From an uncultured Gemmatimonadaceae bacterium (GTDB lineage Bacteria > Gemmatimonadota > Gemmatimonadetes > Gemmatimonadales > Gemmatimonadaceae): a stretch of 64,000 nt of DNA. Below are positions 32,386 through 43,686 of this stretch, in pieces; position 1 is the stretch's first letter, and each line of letters starts with the position of its first letter. Both the position numbers and the translations under genes were made by a program. The stretch covers positions 128,001 through 192,000 of the forward strand of contig CAWHHI010000004.1 of the NCBI GenBank assembly GCA_963829055.1, written 5' to 3'. The notes beneath the pieces were generated by a model. That model saw only the letters and a list, made by a program, of their open reading frames with translations. It was not told the origin of the DNA and searched no databases.

Positions 32386-33725
32386 GACGTGGATTGGTGA
32401 GTGGTCATCGAGCCCTCGTCGCCCTCGCCGGGCGGAGGCACGTACGCCAGAAGCCCGCCGAGCAGGATGACGAGCGCCATGACGAAGATCTCGCGGGTGA
32501 CCGAGGCACGGAGCGCAGCGCCGCCCGCGGCTGCGCTCGCCGCGATGCGCGGCATGAGGCGCTGCCGATTGTACGCGCCGAATCCAGCGAGCGCGAGCAG
32601 CCCCGCCGTCTTCGCGAGCGCGAACAGGCCGTACGCCGACGTGACGAGGTCGCCCCACGATGGAAGAAAGAGGCGCGTCTGCACCACGCCAGTGAACGCG
32701 ACCGCAACCACGGCGATCAATGCGCGGGATGACACGCGGTCGGCATCCCTGGCGAACAGTGGCGCGCTGTCGCCTGCCGGACGAACCACGAGCCATAACA
32801 AGCCACCGAGCCACACGGCACTCGCCAGCAGGTGAATCGTCTTCGCCGGTATTGCCCACGCCGGTTGGATGGCCGCCGAATGCCCCGATGCCCCACTCAC
32901 ACAGATCGCCGCGATCGCGAATACCAACGCGAGGCGAGGTCGGCGCGCGAGCCACCAGGCCCACAACGCCAGGATCGCCAGCCCTGTTCTCCAGAGCTCG
33001 ATCTTGCCGACGGTCGTGCTGAGCGCGGACCCGGCCCACTCCGTGTCGAACGTGTGCTCGGGCGAGGTGTTGATGAGCCACGCCACCGCGTGACCGGCGA
33101 GCAACACGGCGGCAGCGAATGTCAGTCCCGTGGTGAGCGCGCGGATGCGTCGATCGGCGGACTGCGCCGCGTTCGGGTCCGCCGTGGAGAGGAACAGCAG
33201 CATGCCTGCCGCCGCCATCAGCGCGCCGAGTGCGGTGCCGCGGATGAGCGCCGGTATGAGGGGCGCGCCGGCGACGGACGGGCCCCACACGTCGGGTTCT
33301 GGCTCCGCCTCGGTGACCGGTTCCGCCGGCGGAGGCGGCGGGGGAGCGGACTGCGCGCCTAACGTGGTATCGCCGACCGCGAACAGGAACGTCCCATCCA
33401 CCGGATGGCCGTCCGCTGACACGACCCGCCATTCCACGCGGTACCGCCCGGGCGCGAGCGAATCCACTGGCGCGATCACCGCGTGGACGTCGCGCGGGTC
33501 GGCGGCCGCGCGCAACACGATCGGTGCCCCGGCGCCAGGTACGAGCGTGACGCGCGCCAGCCCGCCCTCGACGGGCTCGCTGTAGACGAGCCGAACGCGG
33601 GTCGGAGTTGCCGCCAGATGGCTGTCTGCCGCCGGCTCCGAGGAAACGAGCGTTGCGTGCACCGCCGCGGACGACGGGGATATCAGCCCTCGGAGGGCCA
33701 GGAGTACGAGCAGGGCCAGGCGCAT
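32382..33725 (-). CDS. CopC-CopD fusion copper uptake/resistance protein (YcnJ-like)
   Basis: HATLVSSEP, WRVVSADGHPV (CopC); SGHS, HLLASAVWLGGL and TM helices (CopD). Confidence 0.9.
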   Translation of the reverse strand: MRLALLVLLALRGLISPSSAAVHATLVSSEPAADSHLAATPTRVRLVYSEPVEGGLARVTLVPGAGAPIVLRAAADPRDVHAVIAPVDSLAPGRYRVEWRVVSADGHPVDGTFLFAVGDTTLGAQSAPPPPPPAEPVTEAEPEPDVWGPSVAGAPLIPALIRGTALGALMAAAGMLLFLSTADPNAAQSADRRIRALTTGLTFAAAVLLAGHAVAWLINTSPEHTFDTEWAGSALSTTVGKIELWRTGLAILALWAWWLARRPRLALVFAIAAICVSGASGHSAAIQPAWAIPAKTIHLLASAVWLGGLLWLVVRPAGDSAPLFARDADRVSSRALIAVVAVAFTGVVQTRLFLPSWGDLVTSAYGLFALAKTAGLLALAGFGAYNRQRLMPRIAASAAAGGAALRASVTREIFVMALVILLGGLLAYVPPPGEGDEGSMTTHQSTS

Positions 33726-33855
33726 GTGCGCGAGAATCTATCGCGACGTCGGTGGGACGCTACTTCACAGAAAGAACAGTGCTCGGCTGGAACTTCCTTC
33801 CATATTAGAGGTTGTTTGGCAGTTGATCGCTGAATCCACTCTCGTGAGGTCGCTC

Positions 33856-34425
33856 GTGTCATTCGTGCGTTGTCCTGTCACGCTCGGCCCACTGGCATTC
33901 GCTGTGTCGCTGCTGCTCGCGTGCTCGAATCCGTCCGCCGGCCAGGGATACCCCGCCAGTCAGCGCGCGCGCGTCGATCAAACGGTTGCGTTCACCGATA
34001 TCTCCGTGATGTACGGACGTCCGGTCGCGCGCGGTCGCACGCTGTTCGGCGGCGACTCCGCGCTCGTGAAGTGGGACGACGTCTGGCACCCTGGCGCGGA
34101 CTCGGCCACTCGCGTGAGCTTCAGCCACGACGTGAAGCTCGAAGGCCACGACGTGAAGGCTGGAGAGTACTCGCTCTGGCTGATTCCGCGGGCGAACGCG
34201 CCGTGGACCGTGATCCTCAGCCGTGCCGCGCACGTCTTCCACAAGCCATACCCCGGTGAATCGTCCGACGCCTATCGCTTCGACGTCACGCCAGAGCGCG
34301 GCGCTCACATGGAAACGCTCGCGATCTATTTCCCCGTGGTCCTCCGCGATGATGCCGTGATGCGCGTTCACTGGGGTGAGGTGGTCGTGCCGATACGCAT
34401 CAAGGCGCCCTACCGGCCCGGCTGA
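33856..34425 (+). CDS. DUF2911 family protein
   Basis: YGRPVARGRTLFG, VWHPGA, AGEYSLWLIP; start uncertain. Confidence 0.85.
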   Translation: MSFVRCPVTLGPLAFAVSLLLACSNPSAGQGYPASQRARVDQTVAFTDISVMYGRPVARGRTLFGGDSALVKWDDVWHPGADSATRVSFSHDVKLEGHDVKAGEYSLWLIPRANAPWTVILSRAAHVFHKPYPGESSDAYRFDVTPERGAHMETLAIYFPVVLRDDAVMRVHWGEVVVPIRIKAPYRPG

Positions 34426-34479
34426 TCGACACCAACGCAAGGAAACCACGTAGGGCCCGACTCCCACGAGGAGCGAGCA

Positions 34480-34842
34480 ATGCGACTGGACCGATTTGCT
34501 GGAATCCTGCTGGCGACCGGCGCGATTGTCGGCGTCGTTGCCGTCGTCGGTCTCGCGGTCGGGTTCGAGCCATCCCGCCTTCCGCCGCGGCTTCTGGATA
34601 TCGCCGCGTACAAGCTGACGTTCGGCGCTGCCGGTGTGCTCCTGGCGATCGGCGCGATCGTTCGCCGCCATACCAGAGGCAACGATGCGGAGGCGAGCAT
34701 GACGTCCGCGCAATCGCGAGTCGCGGCGCATGACGCGAGCCCGCCGGCTGAACTGCCTCTGCCGCGGGCCGATCAGGATTTCGTCGGTGGCGTGCCCAAG
34801 AGCGGAATCCGGAGTGACGTGAGGATTCCAAAGGAGCGCTGA
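34480..34842 (+). CDS. hypothetical membrane protein
   Basis: GAGGAG RBS; two TM helices. Confidence 0.65.
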   Translation: MRLDRFAGILLATGAIVGVVAVVGLAVGFEPSRLPPRLLDIAAYKLTFGAAGVLLAIGAIVRRHTRGNDAEASMTSAQSRVAAHDASPPAELPLPRADQDFVGGVPKSGIRSDVRIPKER

Positions 34843-34963
34843 CGGCAGCGCTCGAGCTGGTATCGTCAGGGCCCGGATTCTGCAAAGCGGTCGAGTCTGT
34901 TGGTACGTCGCCACTCCGGCGGCGTCGCGGCGATCCTTCTTGCCCTTGGCGGCCCGACCGACG

Positions 34964-35332
34964 ATGACTGACATCGGAATGCAATCCCGCAGTCCGGAAG
35001 ATGATCATCGCTCGTTGAGCGACAGAGCGGCGGACGCGCGCGCCGCCGCTCACGCAGCGGCCCAGCGATATGTGCGCGTTCGACGACAGTGCCAGTTGAC
35101 CATCGGAAGCTCACATGAGCTGCTGGCCGCGGCGCAGGCACTGCGCGAGCAGCTGCGCGACTCGGTTACGTCGTACGCTCATGTGCTGCGCGCAGATGAC
35201 GTGCTGCCTGAACGCGTCATCGTGCTGGTGAAGTCGGCCGTCGTCGAGTCGGACCCGCTGCGCGACCAGGACCACCGGGCCGTTCTCGAAGACGTCGTCA
35301 GGTGGGCGGTGGACGCCTACTACGCAGCCTGA
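34964..35332 (+). CDS. hypothetical protein
   Basis: helical ORF ending VVRWAVDAYYAA; typical codon usage. Confidence 0.65.
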   Translation: MTDIGMQSRSPEDDHRSLSDRAADARAAAHAAAQRYVRVRRQCQLTIGSSHELLAAAQALREQLRDSVTSYAHVLRADDVLPERVIVLVKSAVVESDPLRDQDHRAVLEDVVRWAVDAYYAA

Positions 35333-35432
35333 CGTCGTTTCGGCCGGCGACTTCTTCTGCCGCGGTAGCGGTTGGCATCCGCCACTCGGGTCACGGCGCT
35401 GATACCCCTCTGACCTTGCGCTGCGTTGGTAC

Positions 35433-35470
35433 GTGTGGTAGTGTAGCACATAGGTACTACACTGCCACAC
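35433..35470. promoter_or_regulatory. YtrA-type operator palindrome
   Basis: 17-bp arms (15/17) containing AGTGTA-N12-TACACT, ending 9 bp before the GntR start. Confidence 0.8.
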
Positions 35471-35479
35471 GGGAGCTGG

Positions 35480-35902
35480 GTGCTGGTCAACCTCGACCCT
35501 CGCGATGCACGGCCCCTGTACCTCCAGATCATGGACGAGGTACGGCGGGCGCTCGTGCTCGGTACGCTCCGGGCTGAGGACCCGCTTCCTTCTGTCCGGG
35601 AGCTCGCGTCCGAGCTCGTGGTGAACCCGCGGACCGTGTCGCAGGCCTATCGGGAGTTGGAGCGCGAGGGCGTCGTGTACGTCAGACGGGGACAGGGCAC
35701 GTTCGTGGCCCCCGAATTCGACCGCGACCGTCAGGAGCGCGACGCCCTTGCGCGTGCGGTGGCCAAGCGCGCCCTGATCGAAGCAAGGCGCAACGGACTG
35801 GGAGTCGATGAGCTAGTGACAATGATCCGTGAGGTGGCGGCCGACGAGGAAGCAGAGCCCTCACGATCCGCCTACGCTGCAAACGAGGGCGAGAAGCAAT
35901 GA
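35480..35902 (+). CDS. GntR-family regulator, YtrA subfamily
   Basis: PLYLQI, LPSVRELA, VNPRTVSQAYRELE, RGQGTFV; short C-domain; precedes an ABC ATPase. Confidence 0.95.
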   Translation: MLVNLDPRDARPLYLQIMDEVRRALVLGTLRAEDPLPSVRELASELVVNPRTVSQAYRELEREGVVYVRRGQGTFVAPEFDRDRQERDALARAVAKRALIEARRNGLGVDELVTMIREVAADEEAEPSRSAYAANEGEKQ

Positions 35903-36831
35903 GCCACTCGACCCACCCTGCTTCAGGGGACGAGGGCTTCGCGGTGACTACGCACGCGCTGTCCAAGCGATACGGTGGTGAGACGGCGCTCGATCGCGTC
36001 GAGCTCCGTGTTCCCGAGGGAGCGGTGTACGTGCTGATCGGACCTAACGGCGCCGGCAAGAGCACGACGTTCAAGATCCTCATGAACCTGGAGCGACCGG
36101 ATTCCGGCAGCGCCGAGGTGTTCGGGCTGGACACCGGGCGGCAGGGTCCCAAGGCACGAGCACAGGTGGGGTATGTGCCCGAGCGCCAGGACTCCGGCTA
36201 TCGCGCGATGACGTGCGGCCGCCTGTTCCAGCACGTGGCGGCGTACTACTCCAGCTGGGACCACGCGTATGCCGAACAGCTGACCCGCGCGCTCGATCTT
36301 CGGCTGCAGCGCAGAGTCGGTGGCCTGTCGAAGGGCGAGGCGAGGCGCCTCCAGCTCGTGATGGCGTTGGCGCATCGTCCCCCGCTCCTGTTGCTCGACG
36401 AGCCGACGGACGGCCTCGATCCGCTGGTCCGCAAACGGGTGCTCGCGCTACTGACTGAACACCTCGCCGACACGCCGACCACGGTTCTGATCTCTACGCA
36501 CCACGTCTATGAGATGGAGACGCTGGCGGACCACGTCGGAGTGCTCCGCGACGGGCGACTCGTCGCGCAGTTGGATCGCGATGAGCTCAAGCGCACGGTG
36601 CGGCGCTATCGGATCGAGGTGCCGGAGGGGTGGGAATCCCCGCCCGAGTTCCGCGTCGCCGCCGACGCGTCGCGCTCGCCGAATCGCCGCGAGCTGCAGT
36701 GGACCCTGGTCGGCGACGAGCGGTCGGTTGCCGAGAAGCTCGCCCTTACCGGCGCGCGGGTGCGCGAGGTGACGTCGCTCGGGCTCGAGGACGCGGCGCT
36801 CGCTTTTCTCGACGGAGAAGTGACAGGATGA
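35899..36831 (+). CDS. ABC transporter ATP-binding protein (YtrB-like)
   Basis: GPNGAGKST, LSKG, LLLDEPT, STH. Confidence 0.95.
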   Translation: MSHSTHPASGDEGFAVTTHALSKRYGGETALDRVELRVPEGAVYVLIGPNGAGKSTTFKILMNLERPDSGSAEVFGLDTGRQGPKARAQVGYVPERQDSGYRAMTCGRLFQHVAAYYSSWDHAYAEQLTRALDLRLQRRVGGLSKGEARRLQLVMALAHRPPLLLLDEPTDGLDPLVRKRVLALLTEHLADTPTTVLISTHHVYEMETLADHVGVLRDGRLVAQLDRDELKRTVRRYRIEVPEGWESPPEFRVAADASRSPNRRELQWTLVGDERSVAEKLALTGARVREVTSLGLEDAALAFLDGEVTG

Positions 36832-37758
36832 CGCAACCAGTGCTGCAGCCAGTGCTGCAACCAGTTCTGCATTCGACGCCCCGACCGCGCGACGTGCTGC
36901 GTGAGCAGGTCCGCGCGTTAGGCATCGCGATCAAGCTGCCGGCCGTCGTGGCCGTCGCGTTGGCAGCATTGGCGACGATATTCGTCGCCTCGAGGCTGTT
37001 CGACGCGGGCAAGCCGATCGACTTCGCGCCCGAGCTCTCGATGCTGCCTGGGATCGTGGGACTGCTGCTCCCCATCGGCGTCTGGAGAGGGGAGGATCGC
37101 TTCGGGGCAGGCCTTCTGTGGACGCTCCCGGTGGACCGCCGCCACCACGCGCTCACCAGGGTCTGCGCTGGGTGGGTCTGGTTGATGGCCGCCGTCGCGC
37201 TCTTCGTCCTGTGGCTGTTCGCGATCACGCTCATCTCGGGCGGGAACGTCACCGCCGAGTCGACGATTCGCGTCCTTCCATCGTCGGTCGTGCCGGAGCC
37301 GGGCACATTGGATGCAGCGTCGCTCGAGAGCGTGCGATGGACGCCGCGGCCGTTACTGTGGCTCGTTCCCTTCACGTCGGCGACGGGCGCCTACCTGCTC
37401 GCCAGCGCGTTCGCGTTAGGGACGCGCCATCCGATTCGCTGGCTCGTTGGAGTCGTGCTCGCCTTCTTCGCGTTCCTTGGCTTCGCCGAGGCGGCGCACT
37501 CGCGGGTGCTCCTCCAAGGGGCGAATCGTGTGCTGGTGGCACTGCATGGACGGGCCGTACGGGATCGATGCGCTCCTCACCGCGCGGACCGAGTCGCTCC
37601 ACACCGAAGCAACCCTCTCCACCGGGGAAAAGGTGGGCGTGTGGCGCGGGCTCCCGGATCTCGGCCAATGGGTGAAAGCCACACTCCTCTGGACCAGCGT
37701 GGGCCTGGCGGCACTGTGGGCCGCGGCCTCCCGACACAGGGAGCGCCGGCGGGGCTGA
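36828..37758 (+). CDS. putative ABC permease (frameshift near 37545)
   Basis: about six TM helices; LWTLPVDR; ATGA overlap with the ATPase. Confidence 0.75.
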
Positions 37759-37856
37759 GTCCCCGTCTCTGATTCGCTATCTGATCACTCACTACATAAC
37801 GCGTTAGGCTACCAGGAGAGGCGCTTTTTTCGCCTCCCCTCACCCGGGGTGCACCT

Positions 37857-38795
37857 ATGGACCTGCAGATTCGCAACCTCTCGAAGACGTACGCGAACGG
37901 CGTGCATGCGCTGAACAACGTCACGCTCACCATCCCTCGCGGCATGTTCGGGCTGCTCGGCCCGAACGGCGCCGGAAAGTCCACGCTCATGCGAATTCTC
38001 GCCACGCTGCAGGAGCCGGACGAAGGCTCCATTCACCTCGGCGACCCATCGTTAGGCCCGGCGCATTCCATCGACGTGGTGCGCCAGAAGGAGCGCGTCC
38101 GCGAGACGCTCGGCTACCTGCCGCAGGAGTTCGGCGTCTACCCTAACGTGAGCGCGGAGCGGCTGCTGGAGCACTTCGCCGTGCTCAAGGGCATTACCGA
38201 GCGACGCGCACGCCGGGAGATCGTCGAGCGCGCTACTGCAGCAGACGAACCTGTACGAGGTGCGGAAGAAGAAGCTCGGCGGCTACTCGGGCGGAATGCG
38301 TCAGCGCTTCGGCGTCGCCGTCGCGCTGCTCGGCGATCCGAGGCTCATCATCGTCGACGAACCCACCGCCGGCCTCGACCCTGCGGAGCGCGTGCGCTTC
38401 CTGAATCTGCTCAGCGAGCTTGGCGAGAACACCGTGGTCATCCTGTCCACGCACATCGTCGAGGACGTGTCGGAGCTGTGCAACCGCATGGCGATCATCG
38501 ACCGCGGCAGGATTCTGCTGGAGGCCGAGCCGCAGCGCGCAGTGAGCGGAGCTGCGTGGGCGAATCTGGCGCAGGGTCGTTCCTCGAGCGGAGCTCGAGG
38601 GCCTCGAGCGCGAGCACGCCGTGATCTCGACCAAGCTGCTGGCCGGGCGCACGGTCGTTCACGTCTACAGCGACGTCTCGCCTGGCGCCGGCGTTCGACT
38701 CGGCGAGGCGGATCTGGAGGACGTCTACTTCAGCACGATGGCCGGCCACTTCGGCCGGCCGAGCGCAACAGCCGGTGCTGGAGGTGGCGTCATGA
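37857..38795 (+). CDS. ABC transporter ATP-binding protein (frameshifted)
   Basis: GPNGAGKST, YSGGMRQR, IIVDEPT, STHIVED, LEDVYF. Confidence 0.9.
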
Positions 38796-41700
38796 AGTTC
38801 CTCGAAGTGTTCCGTTTCGAGCTCGCCTATCAATCGCGCCGCGTCTCGACCTGGCTGTTCTTCGTGGTTCTCCTGGCAATCACGTTCCACCTCTCGCGCG
38901 AAGCTTTCATCGAGAAGGCGCACCGGGGCGGCTACTTCTTCAACTCCTCGACCCTCATCTCGGAGATCACGGTCCTTACGAGCTTGATGGCGCTGCTCGT
39001 ATCCGCAACGCTGGCGGGCGACGCGGCAGCGCGCGACGTGCAGACGCGGATGCATCCGCTCGTCTACACGACGCCGGTTGGCAAGGGTGCGTATCTGGGT
39101 GGTCGGTTCCTGGCGGCCTTCGTCCTGAACGCGCTGATCCTGCTTGCCGTGCCCATCGGCTCTCCTGCTCGCCACGCTCCTGCCGGTCCCGGCGCCCGAG
39201 GTCATCGGCCCGTTCCGGCCGGAGGCCTACCTCGGTGCCTATTTCTTCATCGCGGTGCCTAACGCATTCGTCGCCTCGGCGCTCGTGTTCTCCATGGCGG
39301 CCCTCAGCCGCCGCGCGATGGCGAGCTACCTCGGTGCCGTGCTCGTGTTCTTCGCGACCATACTGAGCTGGCTCACTCGTGGCCGAGCAGCATGGGACGG
39401 TGGGCGCTGGCGAAGCTGATCGACCCAATGGGCTCACCGTGCTGGTCGAGCTGTCACGGAGTTGGACGCCGTTCGAAAAGAGCACGCGGCTCGATCGGAC
39501 TGGAGGGCTCTCTCCTCTGGAATCGCCTCGTGTGGCTCGGCGTCGCCGTGGGCGTGCTCGCGCTCACTCACCTCCGCTTCCGTTTCGCGCACCATACGGC
39601 GCGCGGCTGGTGGAGCCGAGGGGTGCGACCTAACGACGCGCCACTCGTGCAGCCGGACTGCCGCCGAGCAGGCGCGCATCGGCGCGGCGGGCGCCCGATC
39701 GCGGCCCCGCGTGTCCGGCGCGCGTTCGGCGTCCGTACCCAGCTGCGCCAGATGCTCGCCGTCGCGTGGGAATCCTTTCGCGATATCGTCACGAGCTGGG
39801 GCGGGCTCGTGCTTGCCGCAATGACGGTGCTTCTGGTCGTGCACGGGGCCCGAGATCGCAAAACACCTGGGCATTCCGCTCTTCCCCACGACCGAGCAGT
39901 TCACCGGGTTCCTCGCTCAGTCGCAGGATCTCTTCTTCATGGTGGTCCCGCTACTCATCGTCTTCTATGCCGGCGAATTGGTCTGGCGGGAACGGGAGGC
40001 GTGGTCTGAGCGACATCGCGGACGCCGCGCCGGTGCAGGACTGGGTCCCGTTCGTCGGGCAAGTTCCTGGGGTTGAGCCTCGTGCTCGTCGTGCTGCAGG
40101 TGTTGATGATCACGGCGGCGATGACCACGCAGGCGCTCATGGGCTACTACGAGTTCGAGACTCGGCCTGTACGCGCGCGTCCTCCTCGGCATTCAGCTCG
40201 GCAACTTCCTTCTGCTCGCGGTGCTCGCCGTGCTCGTCCACGTGATCGTGGACCAGAAGTACGTCGGCCACATGATCGCGCTCGTCGCCTTCGGGTTCAT
40301 GACGTTCGCCCCGGCGCTCGGCATCGAGAACAATCTGTTCGTCTATGGCTCTGATCCCGGCTGGTCCTACTCGGACCTGAGCGGCTTCGGGGCGTCGCTC
40401 GCGCCGCTCGTGTGGTTCAAGCTCTATTGGGCGGCGTGGGCGCTGCTGCTCGCGGTGGCGGCGAAGCTGCTCTGGGTGCGCGGCAGGGAGGGGAGGTTGG
40501 GTCGCGACTTCGGCAGGCGCGTCGGCGGTTCACGCGTCCGATCATCGGCGCGGCGGTGACGGCAGCCGGACTCGTTCTGTCGTTAGGCGGCTTCGTGTTC
40601 TACAACACGAATGTCCTGAACGAGTACCGTACGCCTGCCGACTGGGTCGAAGCAGCGCGCCGACTACGAGCAGCGCTATGGGAAGTACAACGGCATCCCG
40701 CAGCCCACGATCACGGCCACCGACCTGCGCGTCGAGATCCATCCCACGCAGCGGGCGGCCGAGCTTCGCGGCACTTACCGCCTCGTGAACCGAACGGCGA
40801 CGGCGATCGATTCCGTCCATGTCGTCACCGATGCGGACGTCGAGACACGAGCACTCTGACCTTCGACCGGCCGGCCACGTGCGTGCTCGCGGATTCGCTG
40901 CTCGGTCATCGCATATACGCGCTGGAACGAACGGCTCGAGCCAGGCGATTCGCTGCAGCTCACGTTCGACGTGCGTTTCGCGCGACGCGGGTTTCCCAAC
41001 CGCGGCATCGATGAGTCGGTGGTGCCTAACGGGACGTTCTTCACGGCTCAAGATTGGCTTCCCGGCCATCGGCTATCAGACGGAGCCGCGAGCTGAGCAA
41101 CGCCGGAGATCGGCGAGCGAACGGGCTCGCCCCGCGCCCCGCTTTCCGCTCGCTCGACGACGTCGCGGCGCGCTGGGATGTGGAGGGCGCCGAGCGGGTG
41201 ATGGTCGATGCGATCGTCGGTACGGACGAGTGGCCAGGTCGCCGTCGCACCCGGCGCGTTGCGTCGCACGTGGACGGAAAACGGCCGCCAGTACTTTCAC
41301 TACGCGACCGACGCGCCAATCCGAAACGAGTACGCCTTCTACTCTGCCGCGTACGCTGTGCACGAAGCGCGTTGGAAGGACGTGGCCATCCAGATCGTGT
41401 ATCACCCGGGCCACGCGTGGAACGTGGATCGCATGGCCCGAAGCGTTCAGGCCTCCCTGGAGGAGTTCAGCAAGCGATTTGGCCCGTATCCGTATCGCGA
41501 GATCAGGCTCGTCGAGCACGTGGGTGAAGGGATCAGCCTTCACGCCCCGCCCATCAACATCTCGTACCAGGAGGGATTCTCCCTCCTGAATTCGAACGAG
41601 GACCCGCGCGACGTGGATTTCGCGTTCGCCGTGGTGGCGCACGAGGTGGCGCACCAGTGGTGGGGGGACCAGGTCACGCCCGCGCGAGTCGAGGGCGCCG

Positions 41701-42455
41701 CGCTCCTGTCCGAGAGCCTGGCGTGGTACTCGGCGATGTCGGTAGTGGAACGCACGTACGGCGCCAAGCATCTGGAGCGGTTCCTGGGAATACTGCGCGA
41801 AGCGTACCTAACGCCACAGTCGCGCGCTGGCGTTCCGCTGCTGCAGGCGTCCGACTGGTTCATGGCGTACCGCAAGGGGCCGTTCGCGATGTACGCGCTG
41901 CGCGAGTACGTCGGTGACGCACAGGTGACCACCGCCCTGCGGCGTCTCTTCGAGCAGCACCGCTCGGCGACACCTCCGCTGGCGACATCTCTCGATCTCT
42001 ATCGGGAGCTTCAGCTGGTCACGCCGGATTCGCTCCGGTATCTGCTCTCCGACCTGTTCGAATCGAATACCTACTGGCAGGTCGCGACGACGCAGGCATC
42101 GGCGGAGCAGGTCGAGGCAGGTAAGTGGCGAGTGACGCTCGACGTGAAGGCACGCAAGGTCGTCGTCGACACGATAGGCGTCGAGAAGGAAGTCTCGATG
42201 AACGACCTCGTCGAGATTGGTGTCTTCGGGCCGCCGAAGGACGGGGGGCCTGGCGAGCCGCTGTATCTGCGCATGCACCGCGTGCATTCCGGCGAGCAGC
42301 GCATCACCGTGACGGTGACGGGAAAGCCCGCGCGTGCCGGACTCGATCCGCGGAATCTGCTGATCGACGTCAACGGCGACGACAATCTTCAGGAGGTGAC
42401 TCTGTCAGCAATGAGATCAGCCGCGGACACCGGCGCGGCTCCGAATCGGCGTTAG
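38792..42455 (+). CDS. ABC-2 permease - M1 aminopeptidase fusion (multiple frameshifts)
   Basis: two TM blocks, then FYNTNVLNEY and the zinc motif HEVAHQWWG...ESLA, YRKG. Confidence 0.85.
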
Positions 42456-43578
42456 GCGATGCCGAGGAACGCCATCAACTCGGCGGCTGCGGCGCCGCCC
42501 GCGCGGTTCGCGCCGATGGTCGACGCGGACGGTCCGTAGCCGACGAGATGGATCCGTGGGTCTTTCGCGACCTGCGTCGCCAGCCTGCCGGTCATGACGA
42601 TGCCGCCGTCGGGCTCGCGGAGTAGCAGTGGCGCCAGATGATCGAGCGAGCTGCGGAAGCCGGTGCACCAGAGGATGACGTCGGCGTGCAGCGTGGTCCC
42701 GTCGTCCCAGCGGACGCCGTCCGTCGTGATCTCGCTGAACATCGGATGCCGGTTCAGAACCCCACGAGCACGCATGGCTTCGACCGCCGGTGTGAGCGGC
42801 AAGCCGGTGACCGAGACCACGGAGCTCGGCGGCAGTCCGCGTCGCACTCTGTCCTCCACGAGCGCGACCGCGGCGCGACCGGCAGCCTCATCGAACGGGC
42901 CGGTGCGGAATTCCGGCGGACGCCTCGTGGTCCACGTCGTCGTGGTGACGCGCGAGATCTCGTCGAGCAGCTGGATCGCCGAGATGCCGGCGCCGACGAT
43001 GATGACGTGCTTGCCCTACGAACTCCGCCGCCGACCGGTAGTCTCGCGTGTGCAGCTGGCGTCCCGCGAAGCGGTCCGCGCCCGGGTACTCCGGGATGTA
43101 CGGCGTCTCCCACGTACCCGTGGCGTTGATGATTCCGCGTGTCGAGACGGCGATGCGATCCGTCTCGACGTTCAGCCAGTCGCCGCGATCGCAGACGACG
43201 GTCACTTTCACCGGGCGATAGACGGGCAGGTCGAACGCCTTCTCGTACGCGGCGAAGTAGCGCGGCACCGCGACGGCGGCTTCGACTTCCGTCGCGGCGG
43301 TGTCGATCGCGTCGGAGAAGGGCATCCCGGGCAGGTCGTGAATGCGGTTGACGGTGCTCAGGGTCAGCGACGGCCAGCGGAACTGCCAGGCTCCGCCCGG
43401 CGTTAGGCGACTGGTCCAGCACGACGAAGCCGCGGTTCGGCACCAGGCCACGCCGTTTGAGATGGTAGGCCGAGGACAGGCCCGCCTGGCCGGCGCCGAT
43501 GACGACGATGTCGGTCTTGAGGCGCGCGCCGGACGCGGGCGCGTGCGTCGCGTCGGGCTCAGGCGGGCGTGTGGACAT
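42452..43578 (-). CDS. FAD/NAD(P)-dependent flavin monooxygenase-like oxidoreductase (frameshifted)
   Basis: IGAGQAGLS, GGAW, NATGTW, GRQLHT..Y, WCTGF. Confidence 0.85.
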
Positions 43579-43630
43579 TGGAGAACGGTAACCGAATGGC
43601 GCGATTGCGAACCCCGCGAAATGGTGTATT

Positions 43631-43654
43631 CTGGTATACCAGTTTGTATACAAA
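43631..43654. promoter_or_regulatory. two abutting perfect palindromes, GntR/FadR-like operator boxes
   Basis: CTGGTATACCAG 43631-43642 and TTTGTATACAAA 43643-43654 in a divergent promoter. Confidence 0.65.
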
Positions 43655-43686
43655 TTCGTACACCGTCGGCTTTTCGGGGACACCTA

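Noticed and set aside
38621..39262. Apparent ATPase-permease read-through ORF
   Set aside because: A neighbouring frame gives AQQPVLEVAS* with an ATGA overlap at 38792-38795; an indel explains the join.
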